Assembly: GCA_977862235.1 (NCBI GenBank)
Contig: OZ374561.1
Span: forward strand, 434,001-498,000
From: Dudresnaya verticillata
Taxonomy: Eukaryota
Direction of reading: 5' to 3'
DNA: 64,000 bases
Part shown: one piece after another, positions 21,781-34,812 of the stretch
Numbering within the stretch: the stretch's first letter is position 1
Layout: every line of letters starts with the position of its first letter
Translations under genes and position numbers: made by a program
Notes under the pieces: model-generated
The model's input: the letters and a program-made list of their open reading frames with translations, nothing else
What the model was told of the DNA's origin: nothing
The model's database searches: none

Positions 21781-24550
21781 TCACGTGTTCGGCTTGTCAT
21801 TAAGGCCATGGACCTTTCTCTCGTGTCGGACTGCATCGAACTTCTGAGAATATGACTTCTTGCATATTCTACAAGTGAATCTCGTTTGCTGATGCACTGT
21901 CTGTTCATGCCGTGTCAGAGACGATTTTCGCCCGAACCTTATTCTGCATTTCTTGCATTCCCATGGCCGGGAGTCTTCCTCATGGGTTACTCGGATGTGC
22001 AGCTCCAACTGGCTTTGTTCTGCAAAACTCTTGCCGCACGTCTCACAGCAGAACGCCCTTGATTCATGGATTCTGAACTTGTGCCGCCGCAGGTCTGCCT
22101 TCAAACCAAACTTTGTCCCACATAGATCGCATTCGAATTGTTTCAGCCGGTTGTGCACTGTCTGCACATGCCGCAACTTGTTGCTTCTCTTCGCAAAGCT
22201 AATTCCGCATATCTCGCAGCATACCCCATTTCCAGCCGACACGTCACTTCCATTGGTTACAATGCCCTCGCTGGTGTTTCGGGACCCCTCTCGTGGTGAT
22301 GCGTCTCGGCGGTCTGCAACTTTGGCCCTTGTGCGACTGGAAGCGTTAGAGTTACTTTTCGGTTCCTGCTTCGGAACGGCAGCTCCATCGTTGGCGCTCG
22401 GCATGGCAGCCGCATTCGCATCAAACGAACCCTGAAACGCGTTATCCTGCGCAAGGAGCTTTAGAAATGTTACTGGGGGCCCTGGAATCATCAAATTCCG
22501 AGGTGATGGCGATTTCTGCATCCCAGATATCAATGCCAGTGGGGAGGGGCTTCTGGCTGCCCCTAAAGCCCGACTCAAGGCAGACAAGGGCCTCTCAGGC
22601 AGCGTTGGTGCGTGCCAAGGAGGAAGCTGTACACCTCTATGCTGATCTTCAAAAGAAGATGGCCAAGATGGATCGAGTCCCAGCCCAAACGTGTCTCCTT
22701 TTTGAATGCCATCAGTTCTTTGTCGCTTCCATGGAGGCTCCTCTGGAAGAATTGTGGGCGCAGGAAGCGGTGAAGGCAGAGCAGTAACCCCACCAAGCCT
22801 ACCGCTGTCTGGGCTCAGACTCCCGAAACGCACGGTACTCAACAAATTGGCCATCCCACCTTTCTCGTCTTCCCTTAGTAGACCGATAGCCGCACCAGGT
22901 CCCATGCTTGGGACCGGTTCTTCGAGTACTCTCTGTCCGCCAAGGTTCTTGGCGTTTGACGGCTCTATGATGGGCTCAATGAACGCACTCATTTCAGCCA
23001 TCGGGGTTCCAATCGGTTGTTCACACCCTGAATTGAGGATCAAGGCAAGAGAAGGGTCTTGCACCTTCTCCGCCGAGCAGTCGCAATCCGTCCCGGCCTT
23101 TTCAGGGCCACAAAGGGAACTTTGAGCCGGAGTCTCTCGAGAGGAAGAATCGGGAGCAGACTTCGTACTCAGCAATGACCCTGCACTTGCGTTTAGCACC
23201 GCTTGATCAGCTTTGGCTTCTTCCACCTTCGGACCTGCAGTCTTGCAGGCAAGTGACGGTTTTAGCTGTGGGTAACAAACAGGTGTTCCCTTATTGCAGC
23301 CGGGAGCATTCGGACTTTGAACGACTCCCTCGCTGTTCAGTTTTCGGGGCTGGACCCACGTGGCGGCGCGCGGAATCGCGGGTGTTAGTACGGGAGAAGG
23401 CGTGAAGCTCAACGGTGACTGCCCAATATCGGGACCAAATGGGAGCGTGCTATCCTCATGCTTTTGCACCGCGGAGGTCGGGGCAACGTTCGAGTCCACG
23501 GCAATAGCTCTCCGTACGCTCTGGTCCGCGCGAGGGAGTCGGGTAAGCAGGCTGGTAAGCTGCTGCTGAATTCGGTAGGCGATTGCATCCTGATTTGCGC
23601 ATGTGGAGATGTACGCCTGTCGGACAGTAATCCGTGGAGAGCTACGTGCCATGTTGCTGCTGTACACTACTGTGAGCAATCCCCTCTTCTCTCCGTGGCA
23701 TAGCATTCGCAGGCGATGTTCCCAAGGCATTTTCACACGTGATGCGCTCAGTCCGCATGGGCCCTTGAAAGCTTCTTTTGCTGCCAAGGCGGCAGGGGTG
23801 CCGCGCGGCACCCCAAGCGTATTGGGACATGTGCAGATTTCCTTGGAGCAGCCAGCACATCTGGCACGGTCGTGAACAAGCAGCACAAGCTCTGGGCGCT
23901 GCGGAGGGATGTCTGGTCGGGGGACAGGGGGGAAGAAGAGAACTTCTGAGATGCGAACCTTGCGCGCTTCGGGGGTCAATGGGACCCTGCTGAGCACAAT
24001 GATGACACTGTTGTCTGTGAACCAACAGTACTCGACGGTTTCCATTGCATCGGTGACTGTAAGGTCGCACGCAAACTTGCGGCTGCGGACGGTTTCCCAA
24101 CCCTTCTTTCCTGCTCGCGCAGCTAAGGCAGCATACGGATGTCGCTCTGTACGCATGCTGCCCCATATCTACTCATGGTGTACACACGGTGAGGAAGGCA
24201 AAGCACAATGGTCAGGAAACGGTTGCCTAGGAGAGCCGCAACTGAATGACTAGACGAGGAGCACGCGCATAACATACATGGCCGAGGGCAAAGCCTGCTT
24301 GATTATGTTCCAGAAAAAGGAGGTCATCGGATGCAGGGAACGAAACTTCGGGGACGTTTTCCGGAAGGACCTCTGGCGGGGACGCCGAAGTGACACAAAC
24401 CTGAACAGCAAACTCCTTTCGAACGACCTGATAGTCGGACGGGGCGTCACGCGGGAGCAGCCAGGAAGCGACGACGGGGTTGAGCATGTAGCGCTTGTAC
24501 ATGTCGCGCAAACGCGCGAAGGCGGCGGGGTCTGCTTCGTGCGGCGGCAT
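21781..24550 (-). CDS. C2H2 zinc-finger transcription factor with 5 C-terminal fingers; two exons, intron 24169..24277
   Basis: Five CxxC-x12-HxxxxH fingers. Exon 1 (24550-24278, MPPHEADP...GFALGH) splices through GTATGT...CTGAC...TAG in frame to IWGSMRTERHP. An extra CxxCxxxxCxC motif lies in the N-terminal domain. Confidence 0.88.
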
Positions 24551-27196
24551 TGGAGCACGGACGGATCTGACGTTCGACGGGCATAGGGCGCGGGCAGTGC
24601 GGAAGAGGCAGTGCGCTGCCAGTGCTTGACGATATAACTCGATAATACGCCAGTGCCGTTGTCGCGAACCCGGCGACGACGGTATGAACGAGGCAGGCCG
24701 GCGGCGCTGGCGAGGTAGTTGGGGAGCGGCGTTGGCGGGGGGTTGGGGAGGTGCGGCGGGTGCGGCGGGTGCAACGGTTGCGGCGGATTGCCCGACCGCG
24801 GCGTGGTGGCGTGCGCGCGTGTATGTGCGTGCGACAGATGCGGCGAATGCTCTAGGAACAGGAAGGCGGTGCCGCGCTCGCTCGTGCTCGGGCGAGGTGT
24901 AGCGACAGCAAGCAAGCGGGGCCGGCGCTGTTGTAGCGGGACAAGCGGGAGATGTGGCGCGATAAGGGCGGGCCGCGGTCGGGGCACACGCGATCTGAGC
25001 GCGCTCGGCGAGCGGTCCGGAGCCGTGTGGCGCGCGCGGCGCAGACGGTGGCGGGGCTGGCGCACGGGACGCGCACGGGCCGAAGTGGGGTGCTGGCGGG
25101 CCTGTGCGCGGGTAGGCGGCGCGCGGGTGTGGCACGCGCGGCGTGCGCAGAATGGTGATTAAAATATGGAGGAAAAGGTTTGACGTGCGTGCTGGCGCCG
25201 CTGCGCGTCGTGCAACGCACTTGCTGCGGATCAAAGAGCGGCGCGCGTCGGCTCGTGCCGCGCGCAGTCCTCATTGGCCCCGCCGTCCGCGGGCATCTGC
25301 CGCAGTCGCGTCTGTGGAAGCGCTGGAAGACCGGCCAATCACACCCGCAATCCTGGCACGGCGTGTCCCGCCCCGCAGAAACCTGGACATCTCCTTTTCG
25401 CTCCTGCTTTCTCAATCACTCCCGAAAAACTAGCCTTCCCGTCACACTTCCAAGCGCTTCAAGGGTGCAGCCTACCCCGACAGACAATCGAACGGTCCAA
25501 TTGCCGCTCCCGTCTTTACAAGCACAACAGAACCCAACACATGTAAACCAAACACAATGGAGGCTATCAGCGTGGGAGCACCCGTGTCGCATCTCGACCG
25601 TTCGCACAAGTTGTGCGGCACAACACACGTCCGCTTCATTTTGCACTGTATCCAGCTTCAAGAGCTGTGTCTATCTTTTCCTCATATTCACCGTCTTCTT
25701 TACAACTTGTAAACAATAACTATCCTAGTGCAATTAGCACAACTCTTCCAACCCACCGTTTACACCAATCACCATACCTGAAATGGCATTTTCCCGCGTC
25801 TGCAAGCAGATCACCGCTGCCGGCTCGCGCATCACGTGGCTTCGTTGGGAATATCACTACGTTTTGAAGCCTCCGCCAATGTCCATTATCTTCTCTCGAT
25901 GTTTCGAAATGCGCCAGTGCTGCGCAAGGTCTCTTCACAGCCAAACATGCACCACAGCCGCCCACCCACTGATACCAAAGAAGCGCTCTTTACTGCCAAT
26001 AAAACACGGAGCGAAGCAGTCACGCACAGGAACAGTGCTCTTTCACCATTGCCCGCCACAGCTGTTCGGTTACGAGAAAAAGAATTGCTTCAGATTTAAC
26101 ACGACGGGCGGACATTAGAACAGCCACATAGGAGCGATAATACCCATATTATTGAGCATCTCCCGCCCTGAGTTACACTCTTGTCAGCCCGCGTTGGCAC
26201 GCTCTACGCGTGTACCGGCTTTTGTGGCTGGACCTGCTTCCCGCCCCCTCATCTAACCTTGTGATGTCGATGTTCATGTCTTTCGCAGAAGCCTCAGGGA
26301 TGCAATGCCTACGCACAGATGTAGATGAGTTCAACCATGATCCTCGTATTTTCTCGTCTATTTCTGTCTCATCTCAAATCAACAAGCTCACGTCGTTTAC
26401 GGCTAGGTTTGTCAAGTGTTGGCAAGCTTTATTTCAACCAGCCTGTCGTTAGAAGTCAAGTTTGTTCAGCCTGTTGGACCTTTCATGCCGCTCGCGATCG
26501 CGCAGTGACTCTTCCTCTTCCGTTGCACACTCCTTCAAGGCGTGTCAAAAGGACGGCGGAAGTGTTCGGACTGTGTACCGGGCCGTATTATCGGTCCCAT
26601 ATTATTGATCAGCCGACGTGCTCACTCTCTGGATTGACCAATCAACTAGGCACACGTTTCATGCTTTCACTGTTGGACGACTCTTATTGGTAGCTGGCCT
26701 GTTTGCTTTTCCCGTCTGCGTTTCGCAATGAAGGCACCGGGCCACGACGGGCCACGTATTCCCCGCAGCAGAAAAAATCCATTTCACGATCCACAAAAAA
26801 GGACCTCTGTGCGGCGTGTTCGTCGAAAGAACACATACACACCTTTCACTGGACTCTGTACTCCAGAGCCCACAGCCGTGTTAGCAATCCTGAGTGCTGA
26901 GTTCGATCCCAAACAACAAAGTGCCGCTCATGCTCTGGTTTTCTCTGGCCTCATAATCGCGACGTCCGCAGCTAGTGCGAAAACGAATTTTCTCCTAAGC
27001 CATGATAACCCGCACAGCAACAACATCGGGTGCGGAACGGTGTGATGCACGATTCACACAAACAGACCCCATAAGACTCTCGAAGAGGCAGATGGAGTAG
27101 GGAGCTGCTACTATCGTCTTCTTTGCACACGGATGTACAACGAACAGTTCAGTTTCAGAAATGACTGGAATCTCTTCTTCTTCATGTTCATTTTCA

Positions 27197-28693
27197 CTAC
27201 CAGTCTTTCTCATACTCGTCCATGCCCTCGTAGCCACTCCTCTTCCGCAACACAGCGGCAGAGACATCATCTCCCATTTTTGGGTCCTCTGTATCCCACT
27301 TCTCTCCTGAGCCAGTTAAACCCTCTTGAATTGCTCTAATTCGCTTTCTTCGTCGCCGTTTCACGAAGGCATATGCCACAAATTCTCCGCATATTCCAAT
27401 CACCAGAAATACCATTGCAGTCACAACAAAAGCAATACCAGCCTTCCCCACATTTCCCTGTGTCCGACATTCAGCAGCCCACAACTCAGCAGCCGAAGTC
27501 TCGGCCAAGGTCCCATTCGTTGCGCTGGTAATGCGCATGACGACTCTCCGTACCCGTTTGTTTGCTATGTTGATCAGTTCCATACCCTTGATAGCAAGTG
27601 GAATGACAGTCAGAACGTCGCTAAAGAGCACATAAAACAGCATTGGCACCGTCGAGACTTGCGTCAGCAGCGCTAGGGGGACCAGATTGAAACCTAGAGG
27701 AAGAACTAATATGGCAATTCCAGACACAGTCATTGCGTCCTCCGCCTGCTGTACAAATAAGTTAAGCCCGTCAAGAGCGTCTGCAACAGCCAAGTTGTCT
27801 TCTGCATAGATCTGAATGACGTGAGATGGAACCGCGATGCCTCTCCAACTCTCGATGGATGTTGTCGTGCTCTGTACCAACTTTCTCTCTTCACCAACAT
27901 CCGGACCATCTGGGCGCTTCTCCAGAGTCATCCGCACCGGTGAGACCAATTTGCCATTATCTCCGACTCCAATATACTCTGAGATGTACTGTCTCGTGAA
28001 CGGCCCGGCGAATGCTTCTTTCGCGGGGTTCGTTATAGACAAGAGCATGTACCACTCGCCTCTAATACGCATGAAGAACGACGGGTGTAACGTACACGTT
28101 TGCGTGAGCCTGCTGAACTGCGCGTTATACACTATATCTGGGTTGCTCCAATTGCCAACTATGAAATCCGCTAAAGGCTTGACTTGAGCATTCAGGGTAT
28201 CGCCACGGCGTTGCAGTGCTTCGAAGACCTCATCTTCGGTGAGAAGAGGCTGTTCAGTTTTTACAGTGCGCGTCCCATGCAAGTCGGTAATACATCCGAG
28301 GTCCGGCTGAGTCCAATTCCTCACGAAGAAAAATGTGAGGATGGAGTTGGTCCACCCCTTGAGGTCAAAGTTGCAAGGCTGAAGAGGGTCATCAACGTCG
28401 AATGATTTGTGCTTTTCCAGCATTTTCAAAATGGCACCTTCGACATGCTCGACGAAACCCAAGATGAGCTTCGTCGTAGATGTTACACCTTGAGAGTTAT
28501 TCACGAAGGTAGACATAGGATGGTCGGAAGACCAGGAGAATATTCGGTTTTCTGCCCAGTCGGGAACCTTGGTGATCACTTTCTGTTGTCCCTGGGCCCC
28601 CGGGACAAAAAGAAACAGTGTGCACAGGACGAAAAGCTTCCTGCGCCTTATCCCGGAAGGAAATTGCATCTGCGGAGGAGGCCTTGTTCCCAT
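27197..28693 (-). CDS. Membrane protein of unknown function (signal peptide, ectodomain of about 290 aa, about 3 TM helices)
   Basis: 498-aa ORF; signal LFVLCTLFLFVPGAQG; hydrophobic segments GIAILVLPLGFNLVPLALL, MLFYVLFSDVLTVIPLAI and AGIAFVVTAMVFLVIGICGEFVAYAFV followed by KRRRRK. Confidence 0.8.
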   Translation of the reverse strand: MGTRPPPQMQFPSGIRRRKLFVLCTLFLFVPGAQGQQKVITKVPDWAENRIFSWSSDHPMSTFVNNSQGVTSTTKLILGFVEHVEGAILKMLEKHKSFDVDDPLQPCNFDLKGWTNSILTFFFVRNWTQPDLGCITDLHGTRTVKTEQPLLTEDEVFEALQRRGDTLNAQVKPLADFIVGNWSNPDIVYNAQFSRLTQTCTLHPSFFMRIRGEWYMLLSITNPAKEAFAGPFTRQYISEYIGVGDNGKLVSPVRMTLEKRPDGPDVGEERKLVQSTTTSIESWRGIAVPSHVIQIYAEDNLAVADALDGLNLFVQQAEDAMTVSGIAILVLPLGFNLVPLALLTQVSTVPMLFYVLFSDVLTVIPLAIKGMELINIANKRVRRVVMRITSATNGTLAETSAAELWAAECRTQGNVGKAGIAFVVTAMVFLVIGICGEFVAYAFVKRRRRKRIRAIQEGLTGSGEKWDTEDPKMGDDVSAAVLRKRSGYEGMDEYEKDW

Positions 28694-31600
28694 AGAAGGC
28701 TAAAGCTGGCAATGCATAAAGAAGAGGATGTACCTTGCTCTGCTCAGGTCCGTGGTCCACAACCGCGCAGTGCTCATGAAAAGCCGGACTTGTCGCTGGC
28801 TGTGCTTGATGGGGAGGCCTCGGACTCGAGTGGCAAAGGGCGAGTACGGAGGAGTATGGCAGTACTTTGAGATTAAGAATGATTGCAACGATTGGAATTG
28901 GCACACCGGAAGGGGAAATCAGTCGCTACTAACAACAGCTACACCTTTGGTTTTTACTGTGCCGTGGAAGTACACGCAATAGTTCTCATGCGTTTACAAG
29001 GCACCTACATTATGATAGACTCTTGGCCATTTCAGTAGGCTTTTGAGTGAGGACTGGTTCCACAGGAGGATCGCGTGTGCACAACACGCACGAAGTTTCC
29101 AAAAAAAAACATGCCCAGTGATGCCCTTGGTGGACCGCCCTCAGAGGGCTGAGGGCGTAATATCCTGCTTGGCATGCAAAGGTTGAGGCAGCCATGTACC
29201 GTCCAGTTCAGGTTCGCGTATGCATGATAGGCAAGATGTAAACCTTGTTAGCATACGGGTTTGCCTTACCCTGTTTGCCCTGCGTCCATAACTGCGCTCT
29301 AAGCGGTCGCGAAAGTTCCCACTAATGTTCCGGCAGCTATCCACCACTCCTGTGCGTCACGAACTGCCGCTATACTGTAGTACTGAGACAAGTACATGCA
29401 GTTGAATCATGCCATCATTATTTGCAATGGGCATTGGAAGCAGACTGGTTATGGCGTGGCGACAGGCAGGCTACACTGTAGCAGAGCACTGTATTCACTG
29501 ACTTCCAACAAATCTGCGTTTGCCGAAGCCCATCTCTGTTCATTTCCCACGGTTCCTAACATTGCTGGAACATAAACACCTCACCAGCTTCAACAATATG
29601 TCATGTTGTGGCCAAGCAGCTCGAAGAGAGTGGAACGAAAAGGTTATGTTAGTAGTTCCTTTCACTGCCTGCAATGGATAACATTGTATTTGGTTGTCAT
29701 AGCAGAGCTCGCTGTGCCAACGCACGAAAAGTTCTAGCTGACAAGCTTCGAATTCAAATTCAATGATTATTCTGGTCTTCAAGTGACTCACATCCACGCA
29801 TCCGGGCATCCGTTCTCTCCTGCAAGGATACAGTATATTGCTGACGTACAAAAAGCAGAAATTGCATGCAGACATTGTCGTTGACCACTTCCGGTCTTAT
29901 ATTTTTGTTAAACTTCAGAAGGTCTGCGTGCGCATCGGAAAAAAGTCCAGAACAATGTGGTCTTGAGCTACTGCGTGGGAAATTGGGTCGGTGGAAAGCG
30001 GCTTGAGTGCCACGGAAACCAAGTTTACAGATGCCTTCAATCGAGTTTGACATTGGCTTGGTGAGAGAAAGGTAGTTCGCCCGCGGTTCGGTGGTGGGCG
30101 TTGGTACAGAAGAGCAGGATTAACAGGATTAAATGGTCATGAGTTAGGTAAAGTAGTCTGAGCAGATGTCTTGGAGGAAAAGGGGGAAGGTTTCATACAG
30201 CCAGCCAATCAGCGAACATCTGACGTGAAGGATTGTGTGTCCATCCCAACTGGAAGGGCACTGTCAACTTGCACTACGTGGACTGTAACTCACACGCGAC
30301 GTATTCCCCGCTACCAGCTTAGCAGAGCGTGCTCTTGCTATCAATGGGTGGATTAGGAGACATGAACAACATCACCTGGTCATCCGTTTCAGATTGGTCC
30401 TCTGAAGAGTTCATCTTGATTTCTGGTTCGAGATGAGGAGGCTTTTATACGCCTGTGTGAAGTTCACACTGCCCTATTTTCTTTTAAAGTGGTGCCAGTC
30501 AAACCCTATCTAACGTCTTCGAAACACACTGTATTGACAATATCTGAATAATATTGAGCAGAAGATCTAGAAGCTGTCGATGTTTGTTCAAGAGGGTCTA
30601 TTACCACCATATGCTGTGTTCATAGCGAAAACAATGAGATGATGCGTGTTTTGGAAGTGTACCGTTGTTAGTTCGGTTCGTACTGTGCCTCTAAGGCAGT
30701 AAGGCCAGTTTGCGTACCCAACCTTGAATAAAAAACCCTTAATCGTACTGGTGCTTGGACGTTGTGAGAACCAGTAGTAGGGTTCTTCCCGGCATATTTG
30801 ATAATATGAATTCTTGGCGACACATGCAACAGTTAGAAGACATCGTGAACTGCCGGTTCCCAGCAAATGGTGGGAGCTCAGACTTCAAGGGCCGAATTCT
30901 ATACGTTGTAGTGGTAAGATTACGGTGTGAGAAAGATCTCCTCGTCGCAAGGAATAGAACTGCATACAAAAGAAACATGTCATATCATTGCTGTTAGGGA
31001 GCTAACAAAATCGTTGGAACACTCTCTTCTTGTACATGCATTGGGAATCACAGTGGAAGTTGCCTTCTCATCCTTTTTTGTTTCTTTCACTATTTAATGT
31101 TATCGTGGATGTATTCAGGATAGGGGGCAGCAATGCTTAACCCCCAGGAATCTATTTCTTGAAGCCCGAGTATAGTCTACAGATATCAGAATCGCATTTT
31201 TGTGAGGAAAAGCTTACAATAGTATGTATCCTCTCCTTTATTGGTCGCTATACCGCACATATCCTAGGCACCAACTGTAACCCTCACTACGAAAAATCTA
31301 TTCTCATTGCGCACTTTGTGGCTATCCTCCTTCGTTTTCAAGCTTTGGCAATTAAGCGGCACCGCATTCACACCTGCATAAACCCCCTATCCCCGGGAGC
31401 CTAGTAGAGCCCCTTCTTACTTCCTGAATAAAGTTCCCACTTCTCTCTCGCAAGTACAGCCAGCAAGAATTTCTTATAAAATCTTGCTTGCTGCAGTTAT
31501 GAGCAGAACTATAATGCACTGCTGGTAGAAATCCAATGGCAGCAGCCGCTCTGGCCTGTCCATCACTGAAGGATGGCTCTGTAGCATAAAGTGGAATGAA

Positions 31601-32880
31601 TTTACGCTTTGCTTTGCCGCTACATATTGTTAACATGTTTAAAGATGGTAATAAATACGTGTTTAATGTATCCCATTTTCATCAGAGGCTTCAGCGTCCA
31701 TATGTCCTCATTTCTTTTGTGCCTTCATTATCTAGGAATGCAATTTGGAGCCCAGCAAGAATAGCTTCAAGCGTTACATTACTTTACATTACTCCAACAG
31801 CTGCACTAATACTTTTGGGAAGGCATCTCTTACTCACATGATGCTGAAATAATCCAGGGATACAGTCATGTTTGACGTGCCCACCTCAAAAAAAAGAATA
31901 TGCTACGAGTTATGTACGAGTCCACTCCGATGTCTTTATGAAATCTCAAACGAGGTAACTACGAAAGCATGATAGGTATAGTTCTTCTAGCTCTGTTTTC
32001 TGTTTTTATTTGACAATCTGACGTTGTTGTTGCTGAGATTGCAATTTTCTTTATGGAGACCGTCTATTATAAGCTCAACTAATTCTAGTGCAGTGTGCAG
32101 TATTGATATAGTTTCTTAAAAAAGAAATCCAGATAAGGGTAATGTTAGAATATTGGTATGGGGGGGGGGGGAGCTCTACAGTTCTGAGCAACTTTAACAC
32201 AACGTAACTATCCTAGAGTAGCTCCCTGCAGCTCAATGAGATCGAGCAGTAGGTATTATTACGGGTTTCACCAGCAAAAATCCGTTGGATTTCCTCCATT
32301 TTCTATTTTAGAAGCTAGAAAAGAGGTTACTGATCGCTTGGAAACAGTTAAAGCTAGAAGGCCGAATTACAAAGCACAGGTATTGTTCATCATTCCTGCA
32401 CCTGAACAATCTACATATCCTCTGAGACTGGCTTCATAGAACTGTAATTTGAACATCTCAGCAGAAGTCCTGTACCTGATTGCTCAGAGGGCACTAAAAC
32501 CCTCTTGATATTGTAATGTAATGCGGTTGTAAAAGGTTTAAGAGATGCAATAGAAGAAGGAAGAAAAAGTCGCAGCCTCTGCGATCAAAACGAGCGCGTT
32601 CCACTGTACTCAAGAAAATGGTCTGGCCACAAAAACGAGGGCATATAAGCTCTACACTTCGAATTTTCCGAATAATTCCCACAGGGTTTTTTCTATTGGT
32701 GCGATTTCGTAGGATTGGGGTTCCGGATAGATTTGACTATTTTTGCAGCAGGCGTCGAGATGCGTGGAAGAGGATGTCGCAGCCTCCGCCAACAGTCCCA
32801 GTGCTGTCTTGCCGCGTCAGCTTGAGACAGGCGCCCTTTGAATGCTACGGAAGACCAGTGCTGTAGCGGGAGTATAGGCA

Positions 32881-34812
32881 ATGACAACTCCATCTGCGCC
32901 GAATGATGACCGGAACCAAGATTTGTACCTGATCCTGAACGTTTCAAGGGACGCAACGTCTGACGATTTGAAGAAGTCTTTCAGAAAGCTATCCCAAAGG
33001 TACCATCCAGATAAGCATCAAGATGAAGATGCGAAGGCCACTGCTACGGATCAGTTCACGCGTGTGAAGGAAGCGTATGAGATCTTGTCTGATGACAAGC
33101 TGAGAAGGCTGTACAATGAGTTTGGGCTCGATGCCGCTAGAGCTGCTGCGACACAAGATATGGAGATGGTTCCATACTCTGATTTGGCAGAGCGATTCCG
33201 AAACGATGCAAACGCTGGCAATGGTAACTCCATGAACACGCCTCGAGATGCGTACTTCACCGTCGTCAACGCCGTTGAACCCAGACTGGATGCAACTGGC
33301 CTAGTTGTGGCGTTGCTGGATGGAGAATCGATTTCCAGTGGAGGAGGGGCCGTTTTTTCCCGAGTTGGCATGTCTACCATGGCTACAGCATACGTGTCGC
33401 AGAACAATACGGTTGGTGTGCGATATGCAATGAAAGCAGAAAGCTCACGTTTCTCTAGACGTCGAAGGGGAGGTATAGGCGAGCTTGCAATCTCTTTTCG
33501 ACGCCAGATTGATATGTATATGCATGCTGAGGCGACAGCGTATGTGCCTCTGGACGAAGGACGCTCGGTAAACTACGGGTTCAAAGCATTTCGTTCGTTA
33601 TCTCCAGACATGAATGCGTCCTTTGAGGCGACGTATGATCCAGAACGAGGGGACTTGACTACAGCGCTGACGAGCGCCCGGTCTTTTGATGAGCGATGCA
33701 ACGCCAGCACGTCATGGGCATTTGGGGCGTCGCCTGGGTACTCATTTTCATGGAGACGGAATGGTTTTGATGAGTACATCGCGGAGAACAAATCAACCAT
33801 GTCCAAAGAGGCCGACGACTTTGGGGCAGAGGAAGAAAGTGATGCAGAGCAGAAGGAGGTCACCAGGTTTGACTGGCTCTTGGAACGGATACAGAACTTA
33901 ATTGAGCCGATGGGCTGGCGATGGACTGCGCGATTGAATGTTATGGACGCCTCTTTAGGCTTTGTGATCAGGCGGCCTATTGGACGAAATGCTCCTTTGT
34001 TCGAGAAGTGCGAACCAACAGGGCCGGGAGGCCCAAGCGTCAAGGTTCGCGGGCAGGTTGGGGCGATGGGATGGGAAGTAGAGGTCGGGGGCGTGGAGAA
34101 GTACGTGCTGTCTGATACTGCTTGGGGCATTTCTGTTGCCTTCGGAACAGTTGGTGTCGTGTGGAGATTCAAGGTAACTCGTTCGGGGCATCGATTTACC
34201 CTACCGGTTGTTCTAATGTCGCCAACCGGCGATGCTAAGGTTGCGACAGCAGCTGCTCTGTCTACTTCTCTGGTGGTGTCGGCTATTCAGTTGTTCCTTG
34301 TGGAGCCATGGCGCATGCGCAAGGAGTCGGAAGAAAGAGCTGAAGCCAAAGTGCGGCGTGCTGATGTTCTGGCACACGGGAAGCAGGAAGCTGAGGCTGC
34401 GGTAGCTTTAATGCGAAACGCTATTGAACGAAGCAGACAGCGAGAAGAAGAAGTAGAGATCGATGGGGTCAAGGGTTGCGGACTGCTTATTGAGCGCGCT
34501 GTCTATGGTGTAACAGTGGCTGTGAAGGCAATGAAATACACAGACAGCCTAGAAGGAAGGGAAACAGAACTTGAGACTGCAGATGTGTCAAACGGGATGC
34601 AGATGTTGGTTGAAGGCAGTTCGGTTCAGATTGTTTCTGGTACCAAATCCACACTAGTGGGGTTCTGGGATCCCAGTGCGTATGGAGACAAAGAGGACAT
34701 GGTGGTGCGGATCTGGTATAGGTTTAAGGGAGAGCTACACGAGTGCATTATCCGCGATCACGAACCCATTGAGCTACCGCTCTCTTCTCATCGGGTCGAT
34801 ACGTGGACATGA
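32881..34812 (+). CDS. DNAJC11: DnaJ co-chaperone, DNAJC11-like
   Basis: N-terminal J domain with YHPDKH; central beta-rich region; C-terminal KSTLVGFWDP...VRIWYRFKGELHECIIRDHEPIELP typical of the DNAJC11 C-terminal (DUF3395-type) domain. Confidence 0.88.
   Translation: MTTPSAPNDDRNQDLYLILNVSRDATSDDLKKSFRKLSQRYHPDKHQDEDAKATATDQFTRVKEAYEILSDDKLRRLYNEFGLDAARAAATQDMEMVPYSDLAERFRNDANAGNGNSMNTPRDAYFTVVNAVEPRLDATGLVVALLDGESISSGGGAVFSRVGMSTMATAYVSQNNTVGVRYAMKAESSRFSRRRRGGIGELAISFRRQIDMYMHAEATAYVPLDEGRSVNYGFKAFRSLSPDMNASFEATYDPERGDLTTALTSARSFDERCNASTSWAFGASPGYSFSWRRNGFDEYIAENKSTMSKEADDFGAEEESDAEQKEVTRFDWLLERIQNLIEPMGWRWTARLNVMDASLGFVIRRPIGRNAPLFEKCEPTGPGGPSVKVRGQVGAMGWEVEVGGVEKYVLSDTAWGISVAFGTVGVVWRFKVTRSGHRFTLPVVLMSPTGDAKVATAAALSTSLVVSAIQLFLVEPWRMRKESEERAEAKVRRADVLAHGKQEAEAAVALMRNAIERSRQREEEVEIDGVKGCGLLIERAVYGVTVAVKAMKYTDSLEGRETELETADVSNGMQMLVEGSSVQIVSGTKSTLVGFWDPSAYGDKEDMVVRIWYRFKGELHECIIRDHEPIELPLSSHRVDTWT

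Noticed and set aside
24551..25415. 335-aa and 271-aa ORFs upstream of the zinc-finger gene
   Set aside because: Only 24550-24278 behaves as an exon. The rest is GC-rich 5' UTR or promoter that is open by composition.
29000..32700. AT-richer gene-free region as a transposon relic
   Set aside because: I found no RT, integrase or transposase motifs, LTRs or TIRs by eye. A RepeatMasker or tBLASTx search would be needed.
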